NCBI RefSeq assembly: GCF_009914755.1 | Contig: NC_060941.1 | Length of the DNA stretch: 64,000 nucleotides | Strand: one strand, 5' to 3' | Origin: the human T2T-CHM13v2.0 reference genome, Homo sapiens | Shown: in pieces, positions 1 through 12,474 of the stretch | How positions within the stretch are numbered: position 1 is the first letter of the stretch | Layout of the letters: each line of letters begins with the position of its first letter | Made by a program: the position numbers and the translations under genes | Notes under the pieces: generated by a model | What the model saw: only the letters and a program-made list of their open reading frames with translations | What the model was told of the DNA's origin: nothing | Database searches by the model: none

Positions 1-6
1 ATTATA

Positions 7-87
7 TTGGGTTGGTGAAAAAGTAATTGCTGTCTTTACCATTAAAAAGTAATGGCAAAACCTTCAATTACTTTTGCACCAACCTAG
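7..87. mobile_element. MADE1 MITE (Hsmar1/mariner-derived)
   Basis: 81-bp near-palindrome TTGGGTTGGTGAAAAAGTAATTG...CAATTACTTTTGCACCAACCTAG flanked by TA duplications (5-6, 88-89); matches the MADE1 consensus. Confidence 0.93.
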
Positions 88-250
88 TAGGCACATTGGG
101 AGAATTTTAAGTTTGATATATTTTTATGAAAAGTTTTAATAAGCTTTGTAATGTCTTTATTGAAGGCCAAAGTACTACTGCAGTACAAAAGAAGGAAAAG
201 GTTGTTGATATATTCTCTGTTTTCTTGGCGTTTTATATGTACTTTTTTTT

Positions 251-570
251 TCAGCAAATGGTGCTGAGAAAATTGGATTGAGATTTACAGAAGAATGAAA
301 CTAGACCCCTATCTCTCACCATATGCAAAAATTAACTCAAGATAAATGAAAGTCTTAAATATAAGATGTGAAACTACAAAAACACTGGAAGAAAACCTTG
401 GGAAAACTCTTCTGGACATTGGCCTAGGCAAAGAATTCATGACTAAGAGGAGCTCAAAAGCACAAGGAACAAAAACAAAAATAGACAAATGAGACTTAAA
501 CAAAGAAACTTATGCAGAGCCAAATAAATAATCAACAGAGTAAATGTACAACCTGCAGAATGGGAGAAAG
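251..570 (+). mobile_element. Old L1 (L1MA/L1PB-like) ORF2 C-terminal fragment
   Basis: AAATGGTGCTGAGAAAATTGG...GAAACTAGACCCCTATCTCTCACCATAT...CAACCTGCAGAATGGGAGAAA are typical L1 ORF2 motifs. Confidence 0.85.
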
Positions 571-582
571 ATCCCCACCCCT

Positions 583-860
583 AGAGGGAGTCTTGCTCTG
601 TTGCCCAGGCTGGAGTGCAGCGGTTTGATCTTGGCTCACTGCAACCTCTGCCTCCGGGTTCAAGCAATTCTCCTGCCTCACCCTCCCAAGTAGCTGGGAC
701 TACAGTCGTGCGTCACCACGCTCAGCTAATGTTTGTATTTTTAGTAGAGACAGGGTTTCACCATGTTGGCCAGGATGGTCTCAATCTCCTGACCTCGTGA
801 TCTGCCCACCTCAGCCTCCCAAAGTGCTGTGATTACGGGTGTGAGCCACCGCGCCCAGCC
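583..860 (-). mobile_element. AluS (AluSc-like), poly-A tail missing
   Basis: Dimeric Alu on the minus strand; GGATGGTCTCAATCTCCTGACCTCGTGATC is Sc-type; no poly-T at the left end. Confidence 0.9.
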
Positions 861-2359
861 ATGCTCTCTTCTTTATCTCATCTTTTCAGTCATTCTACTT
901 GAAAGCATAGACTAAGTAATGCCTTCTTATGGATGACTTCCTTGATGTCCCCAAAAATAAGTCACATATTCCTGCCCTGGAACACAAAATATATTTTATA
1001 AAAATTACTTAATGGTAGTTCTTTTTGCTTTTCATTATGCTTTACATCTCTTGAAAACACAGATTATGCTAGCAAAGCTAGAGAAATTTTAAACACCTAA
1101 CAGACATATTTCATATTAACACACAAATACACACATTTATATACAATAAGTATGTCCTTTAAGAGATTGCTGAGTTTTAGACTTAATCTTCAACTTATGT
1201 ACATACACATATCACATATACAAATAAAAGTGTATATGTGAGTGTAAATATATATAATTGTATATGTTTATATATAATTTACACACACAAACACACCTGC
1301 ATCCTGAGTAGAAAACCAAATCCACTTGACAAATGTAAATAATGTCTTCTTATTTAACTAACTTTTCAAGGTGTATCTTACTTTCTAAAGCCAGAATATT
1401 TTGAAACAAAAGCTGTTTTTCTTCTTGAAGAGACAGATTTATAAGTTTATATTCTAGAAAATTTTTCTCTATTTGATTTATCTGGATGCAAACCAGTTTG
1501 CTCTGGGGTTTCAGAACATCAAAAATTTTATTTTCCTTATGGGCTGAAAGTTCATGGGGATGATAAGCATTCTATCTCTTTTATTGATTTTATGATAAAC
1601 AGTCCAATTTACCATACTTTCTCCAAATAGTCATGCTATCCCTTTAGGCACTGTGCCTTCTAATTGTTAAGAATGCTGACCTTATCCAACATATTTTGGA
1701 GGACCATAAGAGTTTGTGAAACCATTTCATTATGAAAAATAGTTAAAATAACTTACCTACTTAGATTGAAGAGTAGAAAACTGAAAAAATGCATTTATTC
1801 TGAATAAAATAATGGAGTATAAAGTAATAAATCTGCATGCAGTGGACTAGCTGAGTTCCACAGCCCAGTAGCTTAATGTTCTAAACACATATAACTTTAT
1901 TGCATTATTGTTAAATTGCTGGCTTTTAGAAATCATAACCTAAATTAAGCATAGTAACATTTTTAAATTGTTCACAATGAATTTCTCTTAAAAATCAATT
2001 TTGTATTTTTTTCACTATGAAGGGGACTCAATAATCTAGCCCTACATTGCCTAATGAATTTTATTTATGCTTCCGTTCTTGAATAAAACTACTTCGCTGG
2101 ACACTTATTCAGGTAAATTGCCTCAATGTACCCTGAATCGATTAAGAAACTCACTGCTATATTTGTTTAAAGATGATTTTTGCAAGATACTGTGCTAGAT
2201 AATGCAGCCAATACAACACAATCATACTGCAATACAGGGTCTTAGAGACTACTATAAGAGATAAATCAGTGTTTTGAGATAGGCATAAAGAACGTATTTG
2301 GACTTCTTTCAACGATTTAAACCTCACTTTGGCTCTCACACAGTAATTATATAATTACA

Positions 2360-4250
2360 GGAAATAAACAAATAAATAAATGTATAACCATATGTGAAAA
2401 CAGAAAAGGTTAGGTAAATGTATGAAAAATCCCAGAAAGATATTTAAAGAATTAGGAAACTGCAAATGAAAGGGGCAATTGTGGAGAGCATTGCAAGTAA
2501 GCAAGGTGGCTGGATATAATATCAAAATATAAAATAGTTTTTCTAGAGAGCAGCAATAATTAAACATTTAAAAGGTAATAATGTAATAATAAATATCATT
2601 TGCAAAAGCATCAAGACATTTAAAAACAGTAAAGTATCTAGGAAGAAACATAACAAAATGGATAAGAAATTTATGGGAAAAACTATAAAACTCTACTGTT
2701 ATTATTATTATTATCATTATTATTATTATTGTTAGAGACAGGGTCTCACTCTGTTGCTCAGGCTGGAATGCAGTGGTGAGAGCACGTCTCACTGCAGCCT
2801 CAATTTCCTGGGCTCAAATAATCCTCTCGACACAGCCTCCTGAGTAGCTGGGACTACAGGCATGTGGCATCACACCTGGCTAATTGTTTAACACTTTGTA
2901 GAGACAGGGTTTCACTGTGTTGCCCAGTCTGGTCTCAAACTCTTGGCCTGAAGCGATGCCCCCACCTCAGCCTCCCAAAATGCTGGGATTACAGGTGTGA
3001 GCCATGGCACTCAACCTATAAAACACTATTTAGGGGCACACAAGGAGACGTACCTAAATAGACAAGTTTATGTTTGTATATGAGAAAATGTACTATTATA
3101 AAAACATCTTTTCTACCAAATTAATCAGTAAATTAATTGCAATCTCCATTACATTTCCAGCAGAATTTCTTACCGAATTTGACAAGCTAGTTATAAATTT
3201 CATATGGAAAAACAAGTGTGCAAAAATAGCCAGAACAATTTTGTAACAAAAGAACAAAGAGAAGTAACTTCTTCCTTACCCCTAGGTTTGATACATTTTT
3301 ATGAGGCATAGTAATTTCAACAGTAATGATACTAATTCAGAAGTAGACATATAGATCAGTGGTACAGAAGAACAGATCCAGAATCAGATCTGAGAATATG
3401 GGAATTTAGCATTTGATAAGCATAACATTTTAAATTGACAGGGAAAAGGCAAACATTTCAAAAGTATCAGGACAAATGACTAAACACGTGCAAAAATTAA
3501 GTTAGATTCACACCTAACACTTCTCATAAATGTAAATATGGAGTAAATTTAAAAATTAAAAAGAATATAAATTATTAAAATTAATATTAAATAATATATT
3601 CATGATCTTTATAGTAGAAAGGGATTTATTAAACACTAAATTATGAAGTATATCATTGATGCATTTATAACTATATAAACATTTTAAATGTTACAAACTC
3701 AGTGTAAAAGTTTGAGAAAAATATGTATAATTTTTAAAGAATTAGTAACTAGAAGTATTTTTTTAAAAAACAAAAGCTAATTAGAAGACTGGATATAAAC
3801 AGAAAATGCACTGGAGAGGTCAAAAAACAAAAAAGATATACAACCTCATTAGTCATCAAGGAAATACAAATTAAACCAATAATATAATTTTATTTTCTAT
3901 TTATCACATGACAAATATATAGAAGTTTGATAGCAGAAAGGGTTGGCAATGGCAAGGATAGATATAATTTGCTGGTGAAAAGATGAATTCGTTCTGCTAC
4001 TTTGGAAGGCAATTTGGCAAAGTCTATTAAATTTAAGTTGTGCTTGACTTCACTACAGTAGAAAAACATCACGCATAAGTACAAAAAGATTGTACAAAAT
4101 GTATATTTTTATATTGCTTTCATTGTAAAAAATTACAGTAGATATGAATGTGCTAACTACATATTATTAAATGTTAGATATAGATTATTATATGTTTAAT
4201 TTAAAATAATAGGTTTGGATAAATACACTGTTATAGTCAAACTATGAAAT
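2360..4250 (+). mobile_element. Highly diverged L1ME-like ORF2/3' fragment, interrupted by AluJ
   Basis: Degenerate ORF2 motifs (AGCAAGGTGGCTGGATAT, AAAGTATCTAGGAAGAAAC, AAATTCATATGGAAA, ACTTTGGAAGGCAATTTGGCA). Confidence 0.7.
2697..3017 (-). mobile_element. AluJ with (TTA)n-degenerated tail
   Basis: GAGACAGGGTCTCACTCTG, CACTGCAGCCTCAATTTCCTGGGCTCAA (J-type); degenerate TSD CTATAAAACTCTA / CTATAAAACACTA. Confidence 0.92.
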
Positions 4251-4544
4251 GCTGTAGTTAAAAATAATAAAGTACTTCTATATGAACTAATGTTAGGTGG
4301 ATCTCCAAGAAAGAGGCAGAACAATATATATAGCTAGATTCAATTATGTACAGCACACACACAAACTTAAATATATGCACATAAATAATATAGGAAAGTT
4401 TTCTTATTTACACAGCTATTGTGTGTTTATGCTTGTATGTAAATAAATCAAACAATTTCAAGAAGAATATACATGAAGTTGAGAAGGAGGAAACCAGTAT
4501 TAGAAAAAGCGGAGATGCCACTGTTCTTGTTCACAACACATAAA

Positions 4545-4670
4545 ATAATAAAACAAAGATCTCTGCCCTCATAGAAGTTACATTCTATCAAGGTTGACAG
4601 ATGACAAAACCTAACCATAATAAATAAATCATTTAAATGGTGCATTAGAAAGGAATAATGGCTGTAAAAA
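4545..4670 (-). mobile_element. L2 fragment
   Basis: TCTCTGCCCTCATAGAAGTTACATTCTA resembles the reverse-complemented L2 3' region. Confidence 0.55.
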
Positions 4671-4724
4671 AAGCAAGTAGAATTACATACACAAGCATAT
4701 TTGTGTCTGGGTAAGCAATGAAAA

Positions 4725-4813
4725 TTTTATTTGTATGTAATTTATTTGTATGTAATTATTTGTATCTAATTTTATTTGTATATTATTTGTATGTATATGA
4801 GTGTGTGTGTGTG
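4725..4813. repeat. ~5 copies of a 13-15-bp unit (TTTATTTGTATGTAA) followed by short (TG)n
   Basis: Directly visible tandem units. Confidence 0.85.
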
Positions 4814-5189
4814 TATGTTGTGCATACTGACTCCAATTCTACAACTGTATATATTATTCTGCTTCTTTCTAAAGATCTCAAATCCAAAAGGAGGCAGTAA
4901 TAACAGTTAATTTTTAATATATATATTTTTAAAAATTGCAAAGTTCAATGGAAGTTGGAGGAGGAAAAAGTTTCATGGAAGAAGTAACGCTTAGAATAGG
5001 CTTCAAATAATGTTTTTGATAGAGTAATACACATAAGAGTGATACACATAAGGAAATGTGAGTGAAGTTTAGACAGAAGAAATTGAGCAAAGCAGAAAGT
5101 CAGTCAACTTTTGCTTTAACTGTTATTCAATATAAATTGCTTACTTTCTTCATTTTAGTCTTTCCTACTATCTTTTAAAGCCCTTATAC

Positions 5190-5815
5190 CAGTTATCTTC
5201 TCTCAGCTTCAAGCTCAGCCTTCTCTATTTGGGTATTTGATCCTGGAACTGGGACTCTGCAAACATATTTCTCCTTTACCTGCTGGTTCCATGCTTGGCT
5301 CTGCCAAAAAGAGGCACTAGAGGAAGGAAAAAAGGGATCACTCCTTCCTCCCCCTGCACCCCCTATAACTGGCAGTATCACTTCATTCTCTTCATTCTGG
5401 CATTAACAGTTATTTGCAAAAGCAACAGTTGAATTCAGATTAAAATTGTTCTAACTCTTGCAGAACCAAGCCTCATCATGCCCCCTTCATGTGCACCAGC
5501 TCCAGTCAGAACTCTCCTCCTCAAAAGTCTAGGTCCCAGTGCCATGACACCCTCCTTCAGGTCAACAGCTCCTGCACCAGTTCTGCAAAGCCTTCTCCTC
5601 AAAAGTCTTGAGTTTCACTCCATGGAACGTCTCCTCTTCCAACCTGTTAGGTTTTAATGATTCCAACCACTTTCTTTTGATTCTGAAGCCTTAGGAAACT
5701 GTCTGCTTTCCAACAATGCTGCCACTGTGAAACCTTAGAGTTCATTTTATCTATCCCAATACCTAGTTAACAACTTTATATTGCTCAAATAATTGACAGG
5801 ACTCTGATTAATTCA
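5190..5815 (+). mobile_element. Ancient ERVL solo LTR (LTR41/LTR33 group)
   Basis: CTGGGACTCTGCAAACATATTTCTCC...GGCTCTGCCAAAAAGAGGCACTAGAGG and 3' end CCCAATACCTAGTTAAC...ACTCTGATTAATTCA. Confidence 0.65.
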
Positions 5816-6368
5816 AAAATATTTGAGATCCATTTTTTTCTTTGGATTTTTCCCTAAAAAACATCTTTTTGAAATAAGGCCAAGAAAATATTTACATTAT
5901 TCATTTTGACAATTCATTTATTCAACATCTGTTGAGTACCTGTAATGTGTCAGACACTGTGTTAAATGCTAGAGATACAAAGAAGGGTAAGACCCAGTTT
6001 CTTTCTCTAAAGAGTTCACAGTGCCATGGGGAAATACAAATGCAAACATGTAATTGCAATTACAAGATTGCAAGTGTCATAATAAAAAATACAAAAATAA
6101 CACACATTAGGGAATAACTATTCAAGGGGCTCAGGAAAAGTGGTTCCATCTGAGTACAAGGAATATGCAGACATTTAGCAGACAGCTGGAAGGAGTGCGG
6201 GTACTCAAGGAAACACAATTTTTTGCAACTATCTAGTATGAACAAATAATATTGGTTAACTAAAAAATAAATTGCAAGGATGGTAGTAAAAAAGAAAATG
6301 TGAAGAGGTATACTAGATAACAGAAGTTTTTGTAAACATGCAAGAAACTTTTAGCTTTATTCTTTAGG

Positions 6369-7863
6369 CCAGACATATTTAAAAAATAACTCATTGCAAT
6401 CATCTAAAAAATGAAACTTCTTCCACAATGGTTGAACTAGTTTACAGTCCCACCAACAGTGTAAAAGTGGTCCTATTTCTCCACATCCTCTCCAGCATCT
6501 GTTGTTTCCTGACTTTTAAATGATCACCATTCTAACTGGTTTGAGATGGTATCTCATTGTGGTTTTGATTTGCATTTCTCTGATGGCCAGTGATGATGAG
6601 CATTTTTTCATGTGTCTGTTGGCTGCATAAATGTCTTCTATTGAGAAGTGTCTGTTCATATCCTTCACCCACTTTTTGATGGGGTTGTTTGATTTTTTCT
6701 TGTAAATTTGTTTAAGTTCTTTGTAGATTCTGGATATTAGCCCTTTGTTAGATGGGTAGATTGCAAAAATTTTCTCCCATTCTGTAGGTTGCCTGTTCAC
6801 TCTGATGGTAGTTTCTTTTGCTGTGCAGAAGCTCTTTAGTTTAATTAGATCCCATTTGTCAATTTTGGCTTTTGTTGCCATTGCTTTTGGTGTTTTAGAC
6901 ATGAAGTCCTCGCCCATGCCTATGTCCTGAATGGTATTGCCTAGGTTTTCTTCTAGGGTTTTTATGGTTTCAGGTCTAACATTTAAGTGTTAATCCACCT
7001 TGAATTAATTTTTGTATAAGGTGTAAGGAAGGGATCCAGTTTACCGTTGTGGAAGACAGTGTGGTAATTCCTCAAGGATCTAGAACTAGAAATACCATTT
7101 GACCCAGCCATCCCATTACAGGGTATATACCCAAAGGATTATAAATCATGCTGCTATAAAGACACACATACACGTATGTTTATTGCAGCACTATTCACAA
7201 TAGCAAAGACTTGGAACCAACCTAAATGCCCATCAATGATAGACTGGAATAAGAAAATGTGGCACATATACACCATGGAATACTATGCAGCCATAAAAAA
7301 GGATAAGTTCATGTCCTTTGTAGGGACGTGGATGAAGCTGGAAACCATCATTCTCAGCATACTATCTCAAGGACAGAAAACCAAACACTGCATGTTCTCA
7401 CTCATAGGTGGGAATTGAACAATGAGAACACTTGGACACAGGAAGGGTGACATCACACACTGGGGCCTATCATGGGGTACGGGGAGGGGGAGGGATAGCA
7501 TTAGGAGATATACCTAATGTAAATGATGAGTTAATGGGTGCAGCACACCAACATGGCACATGTATACATATGTAACAAACCTGCACGTTGTGCACATGTA
7601 CCCTAGAACTTAAAGTATAATAATAAATAAAAAAAGAAAAAGGAAAAAAAATGAAACTTCACACAAATTTCCGGCTTCTCTTGAAATATCAGACCATTTG
7701 GGTTCACCGGGCCTGCATTTTATACTTTGAGAAGTGGCTGGTACTAAATAATTACTACTCTCTGTAGATGAAACCCATGCTTTTCAGGTGGTCAAAATAT
7801 GCTTGATGATCTTTTTATTAAATTATTTACCTTGATGACCTCTGCATACATTTTCTACCCTGC
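6369..7863 (+). mobile_element. MER102 (hAT-Charlie) split by an L1PA insertion
   Basis: AAATTTCCGGCTTCTCTTGAAATATCAGA...GGGCCTGCATT resembles MER102; continuous across the L1 TSD. Confidence 0.6.
6421..7645. mobile_element. 5'-truncated, 5'-inverted L1PA (L1PA4/5-like): 6421-7042 minus, 7043-7645 plus
   Basis: ORF2 C-terminal peptides on opposite strands (6516..6917 -, 7176..7418 +), L1PA 3'UTR, poly-A, 15-bp TSD AAAAAATGAAACTTC at 6406-6420 and 7646-7660. Confidence 0.96.
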
Positions 7864-8272
7864 TTTATTAAATGAGAAATATTTAAGCCTGAGAATTCCA
7901 TGATTAAATGAATGGTTTAGAAAAATTACTGGAGATGATATAGGAGATAGCTCAGATTGGGAATAGATCAGAAAGCTGGATGGTGACACTGTCAATGCAA
8001 TTCTGCCTAAAGCCTTTAAAGAGGCAATAACAATGAGGTGGAAATAAATGAACTAGATTTGATAAATAAATGAAAAACTAAATGGATAACAATTGGGAAA
8101 ACAATCAATGGGAAAAGGCCCATACATGAGGGTTCAGGATGAGAAGGATAAATGTATCTGTTATTTCCAGAGTTTCTGGTGTTGCTGTCCAGTATTAGGA
8201 ATAATGGAGGAAAAGGATGTTTGGGCAAGTTTAGATTTCGGTGCTTTGATTTGAAATGTCTACGGGATTTCG

Positions 8273-8569
8273 AGCCAGACGCAGTGGCTCATGCCCGTAA
8301 TCCCAGCACTTTGGGAGGCCAAGGCGGGCAGATCACCTGAGATCAGGAGTTCGAAACCAGCCTGACCAACATGGAGAAACCCCTTCTCTACTAAAAATAC
8401 AAAATTAGCCATTCACGGTGGCACATGCCTGTAATCCCAGTTACTCGGGAGGCTGAGAATTGCTTGAACACGGGAGGTGGAGGTTGTGGTGAGCCGAGAT
8501 TGCACCATTGCTCTCCAGCCTGGGCAATAAGAGCAAAACATCAAAAAAAAAGAAAGAAAAAGAAAGAAA
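8273..8569 (+). mobile_element. AluSp
   Basis: CCTGACCAACATGGAGAAACCC and GCAATAAGAGCAAAAC diagnostics; 19-bp TSD GAAATGTCTAC(G/A)GGATTTC at 8253-8271 and 8570-8588. Confidence 0.92.
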
Positions 8570-9028
8570 GAAATGTCTACAGGATTTCTAGGTGGAATGT
8601 CTACTAGGAAGTTGGATACAAGTCTACCAATCAATAAATGTGATTCATCACATAAACAGAACTAAAAATGAAAACCACATGATTATCTCAATAGATGCAG
8701 AAAGGACTCTCAATAAAATTCAACATCTGTCCATGTTAAAAATTATCAGCAATAGGCATTGAAGGAAAATACTTCAAAATAATAAAAGTCATCTGTGAGA
8801 AACCCACAGACAACATCATACTGAATGGGCAAAAGCAGCAAGCCACTCCCCTTGAAAACTGGAACAAGATAAGGATGCCGTCTTGTACCATTCCTATTCA
8901 ACATAGTATTGGAAGTCCTGGCCAGAGCAATCAGGCAAGAGAAAGAAGTAAAAAGCATCCAAACAGGAAGAAAGGAAGTCAAACTATACCTGTTTGTAGC
9001 CAATATGATTCTATACTTAGAAAACCCC

Positions 9029-9401
<373 letters not shown>

Positions 9402-10586
9402 TCAGGAAATGAAATCAATGTACAAAAATCAATGGCTTTCCTATGCACCAACAGCATCCAAGCTGAGAGCTAAATCAAGAATGCAATCCCATTTACAATT
9501 GCCAAAATAAAATACAATAAGCTACCTAGGAATACAGCTAACCAAGGAGGTGAAAGATCTGTTAAATGAGAATTAAAAAAATAAGACATCAGAGATGACA
9601 CAAACAAATAGAAAAGCATTTCATGCTAATGGATAGGAAGGATCAATATTGTCACAATGGCCATACTGCCGAAAGGAATTAATGGATTCAATGCTTTTCC
9701 TATCAAACTACAAATAACATTTTTCACAGAATTAGAAAAAATTATTTAAAAATTCATATGGAACCAAAAAAAGAGCCAGCATAGCCAAGACAATCCTAAG
9801 CAAAAATAACAAAGCTGAAGGCATCACTGTTACCTGACATCAAACTATATGACAATGTTATAGTAACCAAAACAGCGTAGTACTGATACAAAAACAGACA
9901 CATAGACCAGTGGAACAGAATAGAGAGCTCAGAAACAATACCACACAGCTACAACCATCTGATCATTGCCAAAGTAGGCAAAAATAAGCAAGGGGAAAGG
10001 ATTCTCTATTCAATAAATAGTGCTGGTATAACTGGCTAGCCATATGCAGAAGACTGACACAACCTTTTCCTTACATCATATATAAAAATCAACTCAAGAT
10101 AAATTAAGTACTTAAATGTGAAACCTAAAACTATAAAAACTCTGGAAGACAACCTAGGAAATACCATTCTGAACATTGAACCTGCCAAAGATTTCATGAT
10201 GAAAACATCCAAATCAATTGCAACAAAACCAAAAATTGACAAAAGGAACCTAATTAAACTAAAGAGCTTCTGTACAGCAAAAGAAACTATCAACAGAGAA
10301 AACAGACAATCTACACAATGAGAGAAACTATTTTCAAGCTATGCATCCAACAGTGGTCTAATATCCAACATCTATAAAAAACTTAAATTTACAAGCAAAA
10401 AATAAACAATTCCATTAAAAAGTGGGCAAAGAACATGAAAAGACACTTTTCAAAAGAAGACATAGCTGCAGCCAACAGGAATGATAGATGCTCCACATCA
10501 TTCGTCATTAGAGAAACACAAAGCAAAATCATAAGATACCAGCTCACACCATTCAGAATGGCTGTTATTAAAAATCAGAAAATAAC

Positions 10587-11075
10587 TGTATTAGTCAGGG
10601 TTCCCTAATGGGACAGAACTAATAGAATATATATATCATACATATATGTTAAATATATATGATAAATATATATCGTATATTTACATATTTAAATAAAGGG
10701 GAGTTTATTAAGTATTAACAAGATCACAAGATCGCACAACAGGCTGTCTGCAAGCTTGAGGAGCAAGGAGAGCTAGTCCGAGTCTCAAAACTGAAGAACT
10801 TGGAGTCCAATGTTTGAGGGCAGGAAGCATCCAGCACTGGAGAAAGATGTAGGCTGGGAGGCTAGGCCAGTCTTGCCTTTTCATGTTTTTCTGCCTGCTT
10901 TATATTCACTGGCAGCTGATTCGATTGTGCCCACAAGATTAATGGTGGGTCAGCCTTCCCCAGCCCACTGACTCAAATGCTAATCTCCTCTGGCAACAGC
11001 TTGACAGACACACTCAGAATCAATACTTTGCACCCTTCAATTCAATCAAGTTGACACTCAGTATTAACCATCACA
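10587..11075 (-). mobile_element. MLT2A (MLT2A1-like) HERV-L solo LTR
   Basis: TG...CA termini; minus strand starts TGTGATGGTTAATACTGAGTGTCAACTTGATTG; internal (TA)n; 5-bp TSD ATAAC/GTAAC. Confidence 0.92.
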
Positions 11076-11202
11076 GTAACAGATGCTGGCAAGGTTGTAG
11101 AGAAAAGGGAATGCTTAAACACTGCTGGTAGAAATGTAAATTAGTTCAGTCAATTTGGAAAGCAGTGTGGTGATTCCTCAAAGAACTTAAAACAGAACTA
11201 CT

Positions 11203-11505
11203 GGCCAGGTGAGGTGGCTTATGCCCATAATCCCAGCACTTTGGGAGGCTGAGGCGGGTGGATCACCTGAGGTCAGGAGTTCGAGACCAGCCTGGCCAAC
11301 ATGGTGAAACCCTGTCTGTACTAAAAATACAAAAATTAACCATGTGTGGTGGTAGGTGCCTGTAATCCCTGCCACTTGGGAGGCTGAGGCGGGAGAATCA
11401 CTTAAACGCAGGAGGCAGAGGTTGCAATGAACCGAGTGTTACTGCACTCTAGCTTGGGCAACAGAGCAAAACTTCATCTCAGAAAAAAAAACAAAAAACA
11501 AAAAC
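11203..11505 (+). mobile_element. AluSx/Sq-like
   Basis: GGATCACCTGAGGTCAGGAGTTCGAGACCAGCCTGGCCAACATGG; A-rich tail; degenerate TSD AAAACAG. Confidence 0.9.
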
Positions 11506-12276
11506 AGGATTGCCATTTGACCCAGTAATCCCATTATTGGGTGTATATCCAAGGAATATAAATCATTCTACCATAAACACATGTGAATACATATATTTAT
11601 TTGAGTACTATTCACAATAGCAAAGGCATGGAATCAACCTAAATCAATGGTAGACTGAATTAAGAAAATAGGGTACATATACACCATGGAATACTATGCG
11701 GCCATAAAAATGAATGAGATCATACTCTGCAGCAACATGAATGGAGCTGGAGGTCATTATCCTAAGTAAACCAATGCAGGAACAGAAAACTGAATACGGC
11801 ATATTCTTATGTGTACTGGGAGGTAAACAATGGGAACACGTGGACACAAAAAGGGGAACAACAGACACTGGAGCCCACTTTAGGCTGGAGGATGGCAGCA
11901 GAGAGAAGATTTTAAAAACTACCTATCAGGTACTATTGCTTATTACCTGGATGGTGAAATAATCTGTACACCAATCCCCTATGACACACAGTTTACCTAT
12001 ATAACAAACATGCACATGTATGCCTGAACCTAAAAGTTAAAATGTATACTGTTAGAGAAATTCGGCAAATGTTGTTAGAAGTATTGAAAGTAAAAAAGTC
12101 TGAAAGTCAAAAGTGCACAGAAATGCAATAAAAACCGTAATTCTAACATAAAGAGAGTTCTGATAATAACAGTTTATATGACATAGTTTACATGTATTGA
12201 TTTTTTGGCTCATGGTTAAAGGTACAAGTTTCAGGCGAATCACTCATCATAAAGTGTTTGATTGCTTCAAGATTTT

Positions 12277-12474
12277 CAGTAATTTTACAAGGGTGGTGAC
12301 TTTGATGCTCTTCCTTAGGCATATATGACAATGTCTGGAGACATTTCAGTTTGGAATCAAATACATAGGAACTAGAGATTCTGCTAAACATCCTACAATG
12401 CTCAGAACAACCCCCCACCCAAATTAAGAATTATCCAGCTCAAAATATTAATAGCGTAAGGTCATAAAACCCTG
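12277..12474 (+). mobile_element. MER20 (hAT-Charlie)
   Basis: CAATGTCTGGAGACATT, TGCTAAACATCCTACAATGC, AAGAATTATCCAGCTCAAAAT, terminal AAACCCTG. Confidence 0.85.

Larger units (their letters stand above)
5910..8626 (-). mobile_element. Fragmented L2 (segments ~5910-6368, ~7870-8271, 8589-8626) hosting MER102, L1PA and AluSp
   Basis: ATTCATTTATTCAACATCTGTTGAGTACCTGTAATGTGTCAGACACTGTG is the reverse L2 3' end; L2-like sequence resumes after each insertion. Confidence 0.7.
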
